From an uncultured Gemmatimonadales bacterium (lineage in GTDB: Bacteria > Gemmatimonadota > Gemmatimonadetes > Gemmatimonadales > GWC2-71-9): 64,000 nucleotides of DNA. Positions 52,403-62,770 of the stretch are shown piece after piece. The number at the start of each line of letters is the position of its first letter. Position 1 is the stretch's first letter. The DNA is taken from positions 1,120,001-1,184,000 of the forward strand of contig CAVYSW010000003.1 of NCBI GenBank assembly GCA_963771275.1. The letters run 5' to 3'. Under the pieces are notes generated by a model. The model made no database searches. It worked only from the letters and a program-made list of their open reading frames with translations, and had not been told where the DNA came from. The translations under genes and the position numbers were made by a program.

Positions 52403-52894
52403 CAGACAGGTGCTGCCCCACCCACCCCCCCAACCGCCTCAGGTGTGCCAGTCGGCCAAGCCACCACACGTCCGTGAGGCCAATCGCGGACGTGGCTCCT
52501 CCCGCCCCGGGAAGGATCTCCGCGGAGTAGCATCGACCGTTCGTTGCCGAGGAGCTTCACCCGACGCCAGTGATCGACCGACAGCGCCTGGCGTCCACGG
52601 CTCGGCGCCGCTCAGTGGAGTCCGTTGTCCGGCGGGTTGGAGCTGCTGCCGGATGGCGAACTGACAGCTCCTCCGTTCTCGGCTTGGCCCCCGTGGGAAC
52701 TTCAGGTTGTCCGCCTGATCGTCCACCACTCCGAGTGCGCTCCTTCGAACCGGCGGCTCGGAAAACTGACTGACTGGCTCGCGATCAGGATCCCGGTAGC
52801 GGTGCACCGAGGTTGGCGCCCGATACTGGTAGCGCCCCGGTCCGTCGGCTCGATCGAGGTGGGGAGCCAGTCCACTCGCCGGCCGCGTCGGGAT

Positions 52895-52910
52895 CGTTTC
52901 ACGTGAAACA
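52895..52910. promoter_or_regulatory. parS: parS site (one mismatch)
   Basis: CGTTTCACGTGAAACA. Confidence 0.9.
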
Positions 52911-52996
52911 ATCGTCGGTGCTCGCTTTACGCGATCCGCCGGCGTCTGTATATTGGGGGCCTGCCGCGCTGCGGACCTGTCGGCGGCTGCATTGCA

Positions 52997-53021
52997 TAAA
53001 ATATTATCACATAGCGACTTA
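52997..53021. repeat. 25-bp AT-rich quasi-palindrome, copy 2
   Basis: TAAAATATTATCACATAGCGACTTA, ending 4 nt before the parA ATG. Confidence 0.45.
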
Positions 53022-53025
53022 AATC

Positions 53026-53838
53026 ATGGGTCGAGTCATTGCGATTGCGAACCAGAAGGGCGGCGTCGGGAAAACCACGACCGCCGTGAACCTGGCCGCA
53101 TCGCTGGCGGCGGCAGAGCGGCGGACGCTGTTGGTTGACGGCGATCCCCAGGCTAACGCAACCAGTGGGATCGGCATCGACCGGCTCATGTTGCGCGCCT
53201 CCCTGTACGAGGCGCTGATTGGCGATGCCGCGATCAGTCAAGTCGTGCGGCGCGAGGTGAACTTCCCGCTGCTCGACGTCGTGCCGGCGACGCCGGACCT
53301 CGTGGGGGCGGAAATCGAGCTCGTCTCGCGTCGCGGACGCGAGTCCGTCATGCGACGGGCCCTGCAGCCCGTTCGCGACGACTACCACTTCGTCCTGATC
53401 GATTGCCCGCCTTCGCTGGGGCTGATCACGCTGAACATGTTGGCGGCCGCCGACGCGGTGCTCATTCCGATTCAGTGCGAGTACTACGCGCTCGAGGGCC
53501 TCTCGCAGCTGCTCAATACCATCAAGCTGGTCCAGCAGAACTTCAATCCGGGGCTCGCGATAGACGGCGTGCTCCTGACCATGTTCGACAGCCGCCTCAA
53601 TCTCTCGCGCCAGGTGGCATCCGAAGCACAGGAGTATTTCGGCAACAAGGTCTTCCGGACCGTGATTCCACGGAACGTGCGCTTGGCGGAGGCTCCCAGT
53701 TTTGGCAAGCCGATTCTGATGTACGACGTGCAGTCGGTCGGAGCCAAGTGCTATCTCGCCCTCGCCCAGGAGCTGATTCGCCGGCTCGAGACCGCCGCGG
53801 TGCCGTCGGGCTCGGCGCGGGGAGCGCTCGGCGCATGA
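53026..53838 (+). CDS. parA: Chromosome partitioning ATPase ParA (Soj)
   Basis: [49 protein letters not shown]. Confidence 0.97.
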   Translation: MGRVIAIANQKGGVGKTTTAVNLAASLAAAERRTLLVDGDPQANATSGIGIDRLMLRASLYEALIGDAAISQVVRREVNFPLLDVVPATPDLVGAEIELVSRRGRESVMRRALQPVRDDYHFVLIDCPPSLGLITLNMLAAADAVLIPIQCEYYALEGLSQLLNTIKLVQQNFNPGLAIDGVLLTMFDSRLNLSRQVASEAQEYFGNKVFRTVIPRNVRLAEAPSFGKPILMYDVQSVGAKCYLALAQELIRRLETAAVPSGSARGALGA

Positions 53839-54728
53839 CCGAGCGGGTCACGACGCGACGGCGGTTGGGGCGTGGTCTCGAAGCCCTGCTCGGGCCGGCT
53901 TCGCTCGCCGAGGCACAGGCGCAGGGCGCGCTCGTCCAGCTTCCGGTCGACCGGGTCCGTCCCAACCCGTACCAGCCTCGGCGGGCGATCGATCAGGACG
54001 CGCTCTCCGAGCTCGCGTCGTCCATGGAGCGCGCCGGTCTGCTCCAGCCCATCGTCGTGCGGAAGGCGGAAGGCGATGGCTATGAACTGATCGCCGGCGA
54101 ACGACGACTGCGTGCGGCCGAGCGACTCGGATGGACCGAGATCCCCGCGGTTGTGCACGACGTCGACGACCGCACGCTGTTGACGCTGGCGCTCGTCGAG
54201 AATCTGCAGCGCGACGCCCTTTCGCCGGTCGATGAGGCGTTGGGTTACCAGCGACTGGTGAACGAGTTTGGCGCGTCGCACGCCGAGGTGGCCGACCTCG
54301 TGGGGCGGAGTCGACCCGTCGTCGCCAACGCGCTGCGTCTGCTCAAGCTGCCCGACGAAGTTCAGGACCTGTTGCACCGTGGAGAGTTGAGCACAGGCCA
54401 TGCCCGGGCGCTGCTCCAGTTTGCCGAACCGTCGAAAATCGTGACTTTCGCGCGCAGCGCGGTGGCGGACGGCTTGTCGGTGCGGGAGCTCGAGGCACTC
54501 GGCCGCGGTGAGCGGCCACCGGCCCGTCGGCCCCGGGCAGGCAAAGGGCGGGTGCGGAAGCTGGATCCCGATGTCCGGCGGCTGGAGGACGTGCTGCGCC
54601 GCCACCTCAAAACGGACGTCTTCGTGGTTCGGCGGGGCAAGGGCGGGCGTATCACGGTCAACTTCTACTCCAATGACGATCTCGCTCGGCTCCTCGAGCT
54701 GATCTTGGGTCGGCCCTACGACGGATGA
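53835..54728 (+). CDS. parB: Chromosome partitioning protein ParB (Spo0J)
   Basis: [44 protein letters not shown]. Confidence 0.97.
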   Translation: MTERVTTRRRLGRGLEALLGPASLAEAQAQGALVQLPVDRVRPNPYQPRRAIDQDALSELASSMERAGLLQPIVVRKAEGDGYELIAGERRLRAAERLGWTEIPAVVHDVDDRTLLTLALVENLQRDALSPVDEALGYQRLVNEFGASHAEVADLVGRSRPVVANALRLLKLPDEVQDLLHRGELSTGHARALLQFAEPSKIVTFARSAVADGLSVRELEALGRGERPPARRPRAGKGRVRKLDPDVRRLEDVLRRHLKTDVFVVRRGKGGRITVNFYSNDDLARLLELILGRPYDG

Positions 54729-55516
54729 GTACACAGCGCGGCGTCACCGTGCTGATTCACCGGGACGGGGATCTGGGGTCCCGGTCGTTCCGCGTTCCGC
54801 TGTGGGTCGCGCGCACGGTTCTGCTCACGCTGGCGGCGGCGTGCGTGATCGCGATCGTCGTGGGCGTCCTCTACGCGCCCATCGTGCGGACCGCCGCGAC
54901 GGTACCGGGGCTCAAGCGTCGGATCACGCACCTCGAGGCGGAGAACGCGCAGGTGCAGGAGCTGGCACGCTCCCTGGCGGCGGCGGAACAGCGCTACGAC
55001 CAGATTCGAGGAATGCTCGGCGGGGACATCGTGCCCGCCGTGCCGGATGAGCAGGCCGATCGACTGCCCGCTGCGCTGCCGATCCAGGCACAGCCTCCCA
55101 TGGCCGCGGCGCGCTACGAGTCGGGGCCATCGATTCCCTCGCACTGGCCGCTGGATGTTCGGGGCGTTGTGACGCGCGGGCAGGTGAGTCCCGGCGTGCA
55201 GGACGAGACTCACCCGGGGATCGACATCGCAGTCCCCACGGGCACGCCGATACGTGCCGCCGGAGGCGGGGTGATTTCGGAAACGGGGGACGACCCCGAG
55301 TATGGCCGGTTCGTGGTGTTGGACCACCCGGACGGCTATCAGTCCCTGTATGGTCATGCGTCACGGTTGTTGGTGGCGGTGGGAGCCAACGTGAGTGCCG
55401 GTGAGGTCATTGCGCTCTCGGGGTCCACCGGGCGGTCCACCGGGCCGCACCTCCATTTCGAGATTCGCGTCGGCGGTCGCGCGGTCGATCCCCGCACCGT
55501 CGTCAAGGAGGAGTGA
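54725..55516 (+). CDS. M23-family peptidase with TM segment and coiled coil
   Basis: HPGIDI, YGH, STGPHLHFE; ATGA overlap with parB. Confidence 0.92.
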   Translation: MSTQRGVTVLIHRDGDLGSRSFRVPLWVARTVLLTLAAACVIAIVVGVLYAPIVRTAATVPGLKRRITHLEAENAQVQELARSLAAAEQRYDQIRGMLGGDIVPAVPDEQADRLPAALPIQAQPPMAAARYESGPSIPSHWPLDVRGVVTRGQVSPGVQDETHPGIDIAVPTGTPIRAAGGGVISETGDDPEYGRFVVLDHPDGYQSLYGHASRLLVAVGANVSAGEVIALSGSTGRSTGPHLHFEIRVGGRAVDPRTVVKEE

Positions 55517-55518
55517 AC

Positions 55519-55938
55519 ATGGCGTTCGGTTCCGACCGTACGGATTCGCGGGACGCCCCCGGCAGAGCTGGTGCCCGTGGTGAGGCAGCCCTGACAATCG
55601 TGGCGACCGGCACCCGGCTGGTCGGCGACGTCGAGTCGGACGGGGTCGTCAAGGTAGAGGGCGAGGTCGCTGGCACGATCCGCGCCGAGCGGCAGGTCCT
55701 GGTGGCGCGGGGCGGCGTCATCCGGGGGGACATCGTTACCGCTGAAGCCGTCCTGGGAGGCGAGGTGCAGGGTGGCGTCACCGCCTCGGAGCGGGTGGAA
55801 GTGCAGACGGGCGCGGTCGTCCATGGGGACATCACGGCCCCGCGCCTCATCGTGCAGGAGGGGGGGGAGGTCAACGGCATCGTGAAGATGGGTGCAGATC
55901 AGCCGAACGCACCCCCAGGCGATCAGGATTCCACATGA
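55519..55938 (+). CDS. Bactofilin (polymer-forming cytoskeletal protein)
   Basis: AAGGAGG RBS; beta-helix repeats TIVATGTRLVGDV..VEGEVAGTI..GDI..GDITAPRLIVQEGGEVNG. Confidence 0.92.
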   Translation: MAFGSDRTDSRDAPGRAGARGEAALTIVATGTRLVGDVESDGVVKVEGEVAGTIRAERQVLVARGGVIRGDIVTAEAVLGGEVQGGVTASERVEVQTGAVVHGDITAPRLIVQEGGEVNGIVKMGADQPNAPPGDQDST

Positions 55939-55985
55939 CTGCTCGATGGGGTTCTGTCCCGAGCTTAGTGTGAGCTGCCATCTCC

Positions 55986-56010
55986 TATCCGTTCTGTTGA
56001 CAACATGTTA
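55986..56010. repeat. 25-bp AT-rich quasi-palindrome, degenerate copy 3
   Basis: TATCCGTTCTGTTGACAACATGTTA. Confidence 0.35.
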
Positions 56011-56075
56011 GACGATCACGTCGTGCCTCAGCCGTCGCGATACTGCGTCGTTGATGTTTGAATAGTGTTACTAAG

Positions 56076-56858
56076 ATGTCGCCACGAGAATCCTCTTTTC
56101 CGACCGCCCGGCTCGACGAGGTGGTCCGCTACCTCGACGCGTACCTCCGTGTGCAGGCGATTGCCGACGACCCCCGGACGCTAAACGGCCTGCAGGTCGA
56201 AGGCACCGGTCGCATCACGCGCATGCTCGGCGCGGTTGACGCCTCGCTTGCCACCATCGAGGCTGCGGTCGAGCGCCAGGCCAACCTCGTGATCGTGCAC
56301 CACGGCCTGTTCTGGGGTGGGCCGGAACGACTAGTGGGCCGCGCGGGGCGGAAGGTCCGCGGGCTGGTTCTGAGCGGCATCAGTCTGTATGCCGCTCATC
56401 TGCCGCTCGATTGCCATCCGGAGGTGGGTAACAACGCCGTACTGGCCCGCCAACTGGGGATCACCGGGACGGAGCCATTTGGTCGCCATGAGGGACTTGA
56501 GATCGGCGTTGTCGGCATGCTGGAGACCCCGGTGAGCGATCTCGCCGACCGACTCCGGGTGCAGCTCGGTCATGCACCGCGCGTCATCGCCAAGGGCCCG
56601 GACGTGACCCGGCGCGTCGCGGTGGTGACAGGAGCCGGCGCCGCTCTGGTGCGCGAGGCGCACGAACGGGGCATCGACACCTTCGTGACCGGCGAGGGAC
56701 CGCATCACAGCTTCTTCGACGCCGAAGAATGGGGGATCAACCTCATCTACGCGGGACACTACGCCACGGAGACCGTGGGGGTACGAGCGCTCGGCGCTCA
56801 TCTGCACGACCGCTTCAGCCTTCCGTTCGAGTTCTTCGATCACCCCACGGGTCTGTGA
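56076..56858 (+). CDS. Nif3-like dinuclear metal centre protein (DUF34)
   Basis: NGLQVEG, VHHGLFW, YAAHLPLDCHPEVGNN, AGHYATE. Confidence 0.93.
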   Translation: MSPRESSFPTARLDEVVRYLDAYLRVQAIADDPRTLNGLQVEGTGRITRMLGAVDASLATIEAAVERQANLVIVHHGLFWGGPERLVGRAGRKVRGLVLSGISLYAAHLPLDCHPEVGNNAVLARQLGITGTEPFGRHEGLEIGVVGMLETPVSDLADRLRVQLGHAPRVIAKGPDVTRRVAVVTGAGAALVREAHERGIDTFVTGEGPHHSFFDAEEWGINLIYAGHYATETVGVRALGAHLHDRFSLPFEFFDHPTGL

Positions 56859-58054
56859 CGCCGACTCTGGTTCGCTGGGCACGCACGCTGCCACTGGGTC
56901 TCGTGGTGGCCGCCGCGGGCTGCGCGCAGGCGGGAGCCGGCGGCGCTCCGGTGCCCCTTCCGATCCCGACCGTGCTGGCGATCCGCGGGCAGCCGCCCGC
57001 GCTACGGTCGGTGCCGTACCTCGACATTGCGCAGATCCCAGTCTCGGGTAGCGCCCTGGTCTGTGCTGGGGGCGATGTCATGCTGGGGAGCAATCTCGAC
57101 ACGGCGTGGGCGCATCGGGCGAAGCGTGTGGCACCGTTTGATGGCCTCCTTCCCGATCCCGACTCCCTGCTTGCCCCGCTCCGCTCGCTGGTGGCGGACG
57201 CGGACGTCGTGCTCCTCAACGTCGAGGGGGCGATCGGCGCGGGGCCCGCCGCCAGCAAGTGCCGGCGCGGATCGACACACTGCTACCAGTTCCGCCAGGA
57301 AGTCTCCGCAGCGGGGGCGTTGCGGCGGCTGGCGCCTGAGGCCCGGGTCGTCGGGAACGTGGCCAACAACCATGCCGGCGATGCCGGCCCTCGTGGCTTC
57401 GCGCAGACGCTGACGGCGCTCGTGTCTGCGGGGCTCGCGGTCACGGGCGCAGACACGCTTCCCGCCCTGGTGCCGCTGGCCGACGGCGACACGCTGGCGG
57501 TGCTGGGATTCAGCACTTTCGGGGCTGGTCCGGACGCCCGGGATCTGGCGACCGTCCGCCGGCGGGTCTCCCAAGCCGCCGCCCGTCACCGGCCCGTGGT
57601 CGTTTCGGTGCACATGGGCGCGGAGGGAGTCGATGCGCAACGCACGAGTGACGTGGCTGAGCGGTTCGCCGGCGAGAATCGCGGCAACCCGGTGGCGTTT
57701 GCGCACGCGGCCGTTGAAAGCGGGGCCGCCGTCGTGTTCGGACATGGGCCACACGTGCTCCGCGCGATGGAATGGCAGGGAGACGCCCTCGTGGTCTATT
57801 CGCTTGGCAACCTCCTGACCTTCGGCCCGTTCAACCTGGCGGAGCCGCTCAACCGGGGTGGGTTCGTCTGTGCGCTGCTCGACAGCCGGGGCCGGGTGCT
57901 CTCAGCCGAGCTCCGCGCGACGCGACAACTGCCGCCGGGCCGCGCGATGCCGGATTCCACGAGCCGCGCCTGGGTGGTGGTGGACTCGTTGAGCGCTCTG
58001 GACTTCCCGGCCACAGGGGTCCGTGTGGTGGACGGGCAGTTGTGGCGGCGCTGA
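56855..58054 (+). CDS. CapA-family (PGA_cap) metallophosphoesterase-fold lipoprotein
   Basis: GDVMLG, NVEG, ANNHAGD, HMGAEG, GHGPHVLR, YSLGN; AAGC lipobox. Confidence 0.88.
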   Translation: MTPTLVRWARTLPLGLVVAAAGCAQAGAGGAPVPLPIPTVLAIRGQPPALRSVPYLDIAQIPVSGSALVCAGGDVMLGSNLDTAWAHRAKRVAPFDGLLPDPDSLLAPLRSLVADADVVLLNVEGAIGAGPAASKCRRGSTHCYQFRQEVSAAGALRRLAPEARVVGNVANNHAGDAGPRGFAQTLTALVSAGLAVTGADTLPALVPLADGDTLAVLGFSTFGAGPDARDLATVRRRVSQAAARHRPVVVSVHMGAEGVDAQRTSDVAERFAGENRGNPVAFAHAAVESGAAVVFGHGPHVLRAMEWQGDALVVYSLGNLLTFGPFNLAEPLNRGGFVCALLDSRGRVLSAELRATRQLPPGRAMPDSTSRAWVVVDSLSALDFPATGVRVVDGQLWRR

Positions 58055-58074
58055 CGGCCGCCGGACGCGCGTGG

Positions 58075-58380
58075 CTAGACTCCGGGCTTGTCGGCAAGCG
58101 GCACGACGAAGCGCACCGTGAGCGTCTCCGCCGTCTGGGGCATCACCGCACAGTAGCACGGCTCGCCGATCACCCGCTTCACCCCCGCCACATCCGCTTC
58201 GTCGATACTCGGCACGTCGCGGAACACGATCTCGAACGTCTGGCCCGCGATCACGTTGTACTGGATCGGGCGGCCCCGGAGGCGGTGATGGGGGTCGACC
58301 TGCTCGAGGCCACGCGTCAGGTGCTGCTGCATGGCGGTGAGCCGCTGACGCAGGACGGGGTCGGTCACGGAGTCGGGCAT
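58075..58380 (-). CDS. Hypothetical protein (101 aa)
   Basis: GGAGG RBS; overlaps the queG 3' end. Confidence 0.7.
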   Translation of the reverse strand: MPDSVTDPVLRQRLTAMQQHLTRGLEQVDPHHRLRGRPIQYNVIAGQTFEIVFRDVPSIDEADVAGVKRVIGEPCYCAVMPQTAETLTVRFVVPLADKPGV

Positions 58381-59351
58381 GTGGCCTCCCGGATGATGTT
58401 GGCCGCGGCGACGCGCGCGTTGCGCCGCATTCCTGCGAGGCCTGGCCGCGCCAGCGGCGTCCAGCCGAACGACGCGTGAAACGCGGTCTCACTCAGGGTG
58501 TCGAACCGGTCGAGCGGCACCCACGCCCGTCCCGGGTCCGTCGCGAGCTCGGCGCCTGGTGTCGGGTGCGCGAACTTCGCGTTCCACGGGCACACGCTCT
58601 GGCACACGTCGCAGCCAAAGATCCAGTCGCCGGTGGCTGTGGCCAAGTGGGGCGGCGTGGCTCCGCGGTGCTCGATCGTGAGGTATGCGATGCAGCGAGT
58701 GGCGTCGAGCAGCCGCGCCTCGCGGAAGGCGCCGGTCGGGCATGCCTCCAGGCACCGGGTGCACGTACCGCACCGATCCGCCCCGAACGGCTGGTCGACT
58801 TGTACGTCCAGGTCCGTGAGCACCCCTGCGAGGAACACGAACGAGCCGCGTGCGGGGTCAATGAGCATCGTGTTCTTCCCGATCCAGCCAAGCCCGGCGC
58901 GCTGCGCCAATTCCCGCTCAGGAACAGGGCCGGCGTCCATGAACGTTCGGGCGACGGTTCCCTCCGGCCCCAGTGACGCGATGAACGCCGCAAGCAAGCG
59001 CAGGGGTCCGTCGAGCGCGACGTGATAATCGGGCCCGCGAGCATACTTCGCGACTCGGCCCGCCGCGGCCTCGGGTGCGGGATCCGGGCGGTAGTAGTTG
59101 CGCGTGACGACGATGGCCCGGGTTGTGCCCGGGGCGATCCGGGCGGGCTCCCGGCGCCGCGCGGCCTGACGGTGCATGTACCGCATCGTGCCCGCCAGGC
59201 CCTCCGCGAGCCAGTGATCCAGCGCGTCGGCATGCGGCACGGGGGTGAGATCCGTCACCCCGGCGCTGTCGAATCCCAGTTCGACAGCGCGTCGCTTGAT
59301 GCGGGCGCTCCGCTGGGCGGCGTTCAGAGCCGGAGCAGCTTCCGCCGCCAC
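58365..59351 (-). CDS. queG: tRNA epoxyqueuosine(34) reductase QueG
   Basis: GTMRYM, YARGPDYH, DAGPVPERELA..AGLGWIGKN, CGTCTRCLEACPT, GCDVCQSVCPWN; start uncertain. Confidence 0.93.
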   Translation of the reverse strand: MAAEAAPALNAAQRSARIKRRAVELGFDSAGVTDLTPVPHADALDHWLAEGLAGTMRYMHRQAARRREPARIAPGTTRAIVVTRNYYRPDPAPEAAAGRVAKYARGPDYHVALDGPLRLLAAFIASLGPEGTVARTFMDAGPVPERELAQRAGLGWIGKNTMLIDPARGSFVFLAGVLTDLDVQVDQPFGADRCGTCTRCLEACPTGAFREARLLDATRCIAYLTIEHRGATPPHLATATGDWIFGCDVCQSVCPWNAKFAHPTPGAELATDPGRAWVPLDRFDTLSETAFHASFGWTPLARPGLAGMRRNARVAAANIIREATCPTP

Positions 59352-59617
59352 TCGGCGAACCGGATGACGTCCTCCGCGGGCGGCACGGCATCCTCGTCGC
59401 CGTATGCCGTGTACATGCGCCACCGCAGGTACTCCCGGGAGGGCATGGGCAAAAAGGGCGGCGTACGGGCCCAGTCGCGACGCCGGAACGCCCAGGCGGT
59501 GCCAAGCAATGCCAGTGCCAGCCGAGGGCGCAGCACGGCCCGAGCCGCGAGGCGCACGACGAGTCCCACCCAGGCCCTCCCCGTTGCAGATGCTGTCACC
59601 GTCGTAGTTCCGCTCAC
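59324..59617 (-). CDS. Hypothetical protein
   Basis: GAGGGAG RBS before GTG; W...PPFLPMP..EYLRWRMYTAYGD. Confidence 0.7.
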   Translation of the reverse strand: MSGTTTVTASATGRAWVGLVVRLAARAVLRPRLALALLGTAWAFRRRDWARTPPFLPMPSREYLRWRMYTAYGDEDAVPPAEDVIRFAEWRRKLLRL

Positions 59618-59721
59618 GTGATCTCCCTCGGCACGGTAGTCTCGCTCGGGGACATGTCTCGCTTCCGACCCGTCCGGGGCGTCCATGGGCGTCCACCTGC
59701 CACAGTGTATATTGGGGCCGA

Positions 59722-60873
59722 ATGACCGCCGCAAGCACCCCCTCCGGACCGGACCTGGCGCACTACCGGGACGAATTCCCGGTCTTCAGGCGGCAGATCT
59801 ATCTGAACTCCTGCTCGCTGGGTGCTCTGTCGCGACGCTCGCGCGCCCGCGTGAACGCGTTTCTCGACGAGTGGGATACGCGTGGTGCCGCCGCCTGGTA
59901 CGACGTCTGGTGGGAGCGGCTGGGGGAGCTGCGTGCCGGCTATGCGCGGATGATCGCGGCCCGGCCCGACGAAATCGCGCTCCACGCGTCCGTCTCGACC
60001 GCGACGGCGGTGCTGGCGAGCGCGCTCGACTACCGCCGCCGCCCGCGGGTCGTCACCACGGAGCTGGATTTCCCCACGGTGGCCTACCAGTGGCTGGCGA
60101 GGCGTCCAGCGGGGGTCGAGGTCGAGGTCGTGCGGAGCCCCGATGGCGTCACGGTACCGCCCGATCTCATTGCCCAAGCGGTGGACGAACGGACGGCGCT
60201 GGTCGCCACGTCACACGTGTTCTTCACGACCGGTGCGATTCAGGACCTTCATGCCGTGGCGGAAGCCGCGCATGCCAAGGGCGCCTACTGCTTCATCGAT
60301 GCCTACCAGAGTGTCGGTCAGCTGCCGCTCGACGTCCACGCGAGTGGTGTGGACTTCCTGTGCTCGGGGGGGCTGAAATGGCTGCTGGGTGGCCCGGGGA
60401 TCACGTTCCTCTACGCGCGCGCTGAAGTCGTGCCGCGGCTCGAGCCGGCGGTCACCGGGTGGTTTGCCAACACACGCCAATTCGACTTCGATCCCCGGTC
60501 GCTCGTATGGCACGATGACGCTCGGCGGCTGGAGCAGGGGACCCCGGCCCTGGCGGCAGTGCACGCCCAGTTGGGCGGGCTCGAGGTGCTGGAGGAAATC
60601 GGCCTGCCGCACGTGCACGCGGCCACCGCGCTGCTCGCGGCCGACCTGGTCGACCGGGCGACCGAGCGCGGCTTGCGGCCGAAGGTCGCGCGGTCCGCGG
60701 CGGAACGCTCGGCGATCGTGATGCTGCCCTCGGAGGACCCACATGGGGACGTGGCCCGGCTCGGGGCCCGGCGGATCGTCGTCGACGCGCGGCCGGGCCA
60801 CGTGCGGATCTCCCCCTTTTTCTACAACACGGTTGAGGACCATGGCGCGGCACTCGCGGCACTCCGTCCCTAG
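59722..60873 (+). CDS. Class V PLP-dependent aminotransferase-fold enzyme (kynureninase-like)
   Basis: YLNSCSLG, DFPT, DAYQSVG, GGLKWLLGGPG, GWFA, EQGTP. Confidence 0.85.
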   Translation: MTAASTPSGPDLAHYRDEFPVFRRQIYLNSCSLGALSRRSRARVNAFLDEWDTRGAAAWYDVWWERLGELRAGYARMIAARPDEIALHASVSTATAVLASALDYRRRPRVVTTELDFPTVAYQWLARRPAGVEVEVVRSPDGVTVPPDLIAQAVDERTALVATSHVFFTTGAIQDLHAVAEAAHAKGAYCFIDAYQSVGQLPLDVHASGVDFLCSGGLKWLLGGPGITFLYARAEVVPRLEPAVTGWFANTRQFDFDPRSLVWHDDARRLEQGTPALAAVHAQLGGLEVLEEIGLPHVHAATALLAADLVDRATERGLRPKVARSAAERSAIVMLPSEDPHGDVARLGARRIVVDARPGHVRISPFFYNTVEDHGAALAALRP

Positions 60874-61597
60874 GCCCGACCGTCTCACGACGGCCGACGC
60901 CCAGCTGCTCACCACTCCGCCGATCACCGAACGACGGGGGTTCACGAACACCGACCCATGGCGGGTGCTGCGGATCATGGGGGAGTTCGTCGAGGGATTT
61001 GATGACCTGTCGGACCTGCGCTCGGCGGTGACGATCTTCGGCTCGGCCCGGGTTACCGACACGGACCCGTGGTACCAGCTGGCCCGCGAGACCGCGCGGT
61101 TGCTCGGGAAGGAGCAGTTCGCGGTCATCACGGGAGGTGGCCCGGGCATGATGGAGGCGGCGAACCGGGGAGCGAAGGAGGCCGGGACGCTCTCGATTGG
61201 GCTCAACATCGAGCTCCCGCACGAACAGCATCTCAACCCGCACGTGGATCGCCAGATCAACTTCCGCTACTTCTTCGTGCGCAAGACCATGTTCGTGAAA
61301 TACTCGAGCGCGTTCGTGGTGTTTCCCGGCGGGTTCGGCACGCTGGACGAGCTGTTCGAGTCGTTGACGCTGATGCAGACCGGCAAGATCGAGCACTTCG
61401 CCGTCGTGCTCATGGGGATGGAGTACTGGGGGGGCCTGATCGCCTGGCTGCGAGACCGGGTGGCCCGGGAGGGGAAGATCGACCGCACGGATCTGGATCT
61501 GTTCCTCGTGACCGATGATCCCCGCGAAGCGGTCCGGTTCATCCTGGAAGCGGAGCACCGGGCGGGGCGACGCCCGCAGCCGCGCCGGGCGCGATAG
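60842..61597 (+). CDS. LOG-family (TIGR00730) nucleotide 5'-monophosphate phosphoribohydrolase
   Basis: [49 protein letters not shown]. Confidence 0.92.
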   Translation: MARHSRHSVPRPDRLTTADAQLLTTPPITERRGFTNTDPWRVLRIMGEFVEGFDDLSDLRSAVTIFGSARVTDTDPWYQLARETARLLGKEQFAVITGGGPGMMEAANRGAKEAGTLSIGLNIELPHEQHLNPHVDRQINFRYFFVRKTMFVKYSSAFVVFPGGFGTLDELFESLTLMQTGKIEHFAVVLMGMEYWGGLIAWLRDRVAREGKIDRTDLDLFLVTDDPREAVRFILEAEHRAGRRPQPRRAR

Positions 61598-61620
61598 CCG
61601 ATCGGAAAGGGCAGAGATTC

Positions 61621-62763
61621 ATGCACAAGCCGACGAGCTCCTATCTCACCGGTCCCCGGATCGATCCGCGACCGATCACCGGCCGGGAGAGCGTTCCCGA
61701 GCTGATCGAGAACGCGTTCCTCGCGTACAATGCCGGCCGGTTGCGGGAAGCGTGCCGTCTGTACACCGAGAAGATGCTGGCCGACGGTGGGACAGTGGGC
61801 ATGAGCCTCACGGGCGCGATGACGCCGGCAGGCCTCGGAATGTCCACGGTCATCCCGCTGCTCGAAGCGGGCTTCGTGGACTGGATCGTATCCACCGGCG
61901 CGAACCTGTATCACGACGCCCACTTCGCCCTCGGTCTCGGGCTGCACCGGGGTCGCCCCGACGTGGACGACGTGGCGCTGCGCGAACAGGGGGTCGTGCG
62001 GATCTATGACATCTTCTTCGACTATCGGGTGCTGCTCCACACCGACGCCTTCATTCGCGAGGTGTCCGCCCGACCCGAGTTCCAGCGGTCGATGGCCTCC
62101 GCCGAGTATCACTACCTGCTCGGCGGCTACGTGCGCGAGCGGGAGCGCGCGCTCGGCCTGACGCACAAGTCGCTCCTCAGCGTCGCCCACGAGCAGGCCG
62201 TGCCGATCTACACGTCGTCGCCCGGCGATTCGTCGATCGGGATGAACGTCGCCGAGCTGGCGCTCAGCGGGCATCAGCTCCGGTTCGACGTCTCGGCGGA
62301 TGTGAACGAGACGGCGGCGATCGTGCTCGGAGCCAAGCGGGGAGGCGGAACGAGTGGCGTCCTGATCGTGGGGGGAGGCAGCCCGAAGAATTTCGTGCTG
62401 CAGACCGAGCCGCAGATTCAGGAGGTGCTCGGCATCGATGAGAAGGGGCACGATTACTACCTGCAATTGACGGACGCGCGCGTCGATACTGGCGGTCTCT
62501 CCGGCGCGACACCGGGCGAGGCCGTGAGCTGGGGGAAGGTCGATCCCGCGCGACTGCCGGATACCGTGGTCGCCTATCTCGACGCGACGGTGGCGCTCCC
62601 GCTGCTGGCGGCCTACGCCCTGGCCGTGCTGCCTCCGCGGTCCCCGAAGCGGCTCTACGAGCGGCGCGGCGCCCTGCTCGACGATCTCCGGCGCGCCTAC
62701 GCCGCGGCGCGGGACGACCGGGACGCCCGCGCCCGTGGGTCCGCGGGTGCCAGCGGTGGGTGA
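61621..62763 (+). CDS. Deoxyhypusine synthase-like protein (possible homospermidine synthase)
   Basis: [48 protein letters not shown]. Confidence 0.9.
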   Translation: MHKPTSSYLTGPRIDPRPITGRESVPELIENAFLAYNAGRLREACRLYTEKMLADGGTVGMSLTGAMTPAGLGMSTVIPLLEAGFVDWIVSTGANLYHDAHFALGLGLHRGRPDVDDVALREQGVVRIYDIFFDYRVLLHTDAFIREVSARPEFQRSMASAEYHYLLGGYVRERERALGLTHKSLLSVAHEQAVPIYTSSPGDSSIGMNVAELALSGHQLRFDVSADVNETAAIVLGAKRGGGTSGVLIVGGGSPKNFVLQTEPQIQEVLGIDEKGHDYYLQLTDARVDTGGLSGATPGEAVSWGKVDPARLPDTVVAYLDATVALPLLAAYALAVLPPRSPKRLYERRGALLDDLRRAYAAARDDRDARARGSAGASGG

Positions 62764-62770
62764 GGGCGCA

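Noticed and set aside
52337..53025. oriC or dif site in the mnmG-parA spacer
   Set aside because: No DnaA boxes (TTATCCACA-like) found by eye; GCATAA resembles a XerC arm but there is no XerD arm at 6-bp spacing, and dif is not expected next to parS
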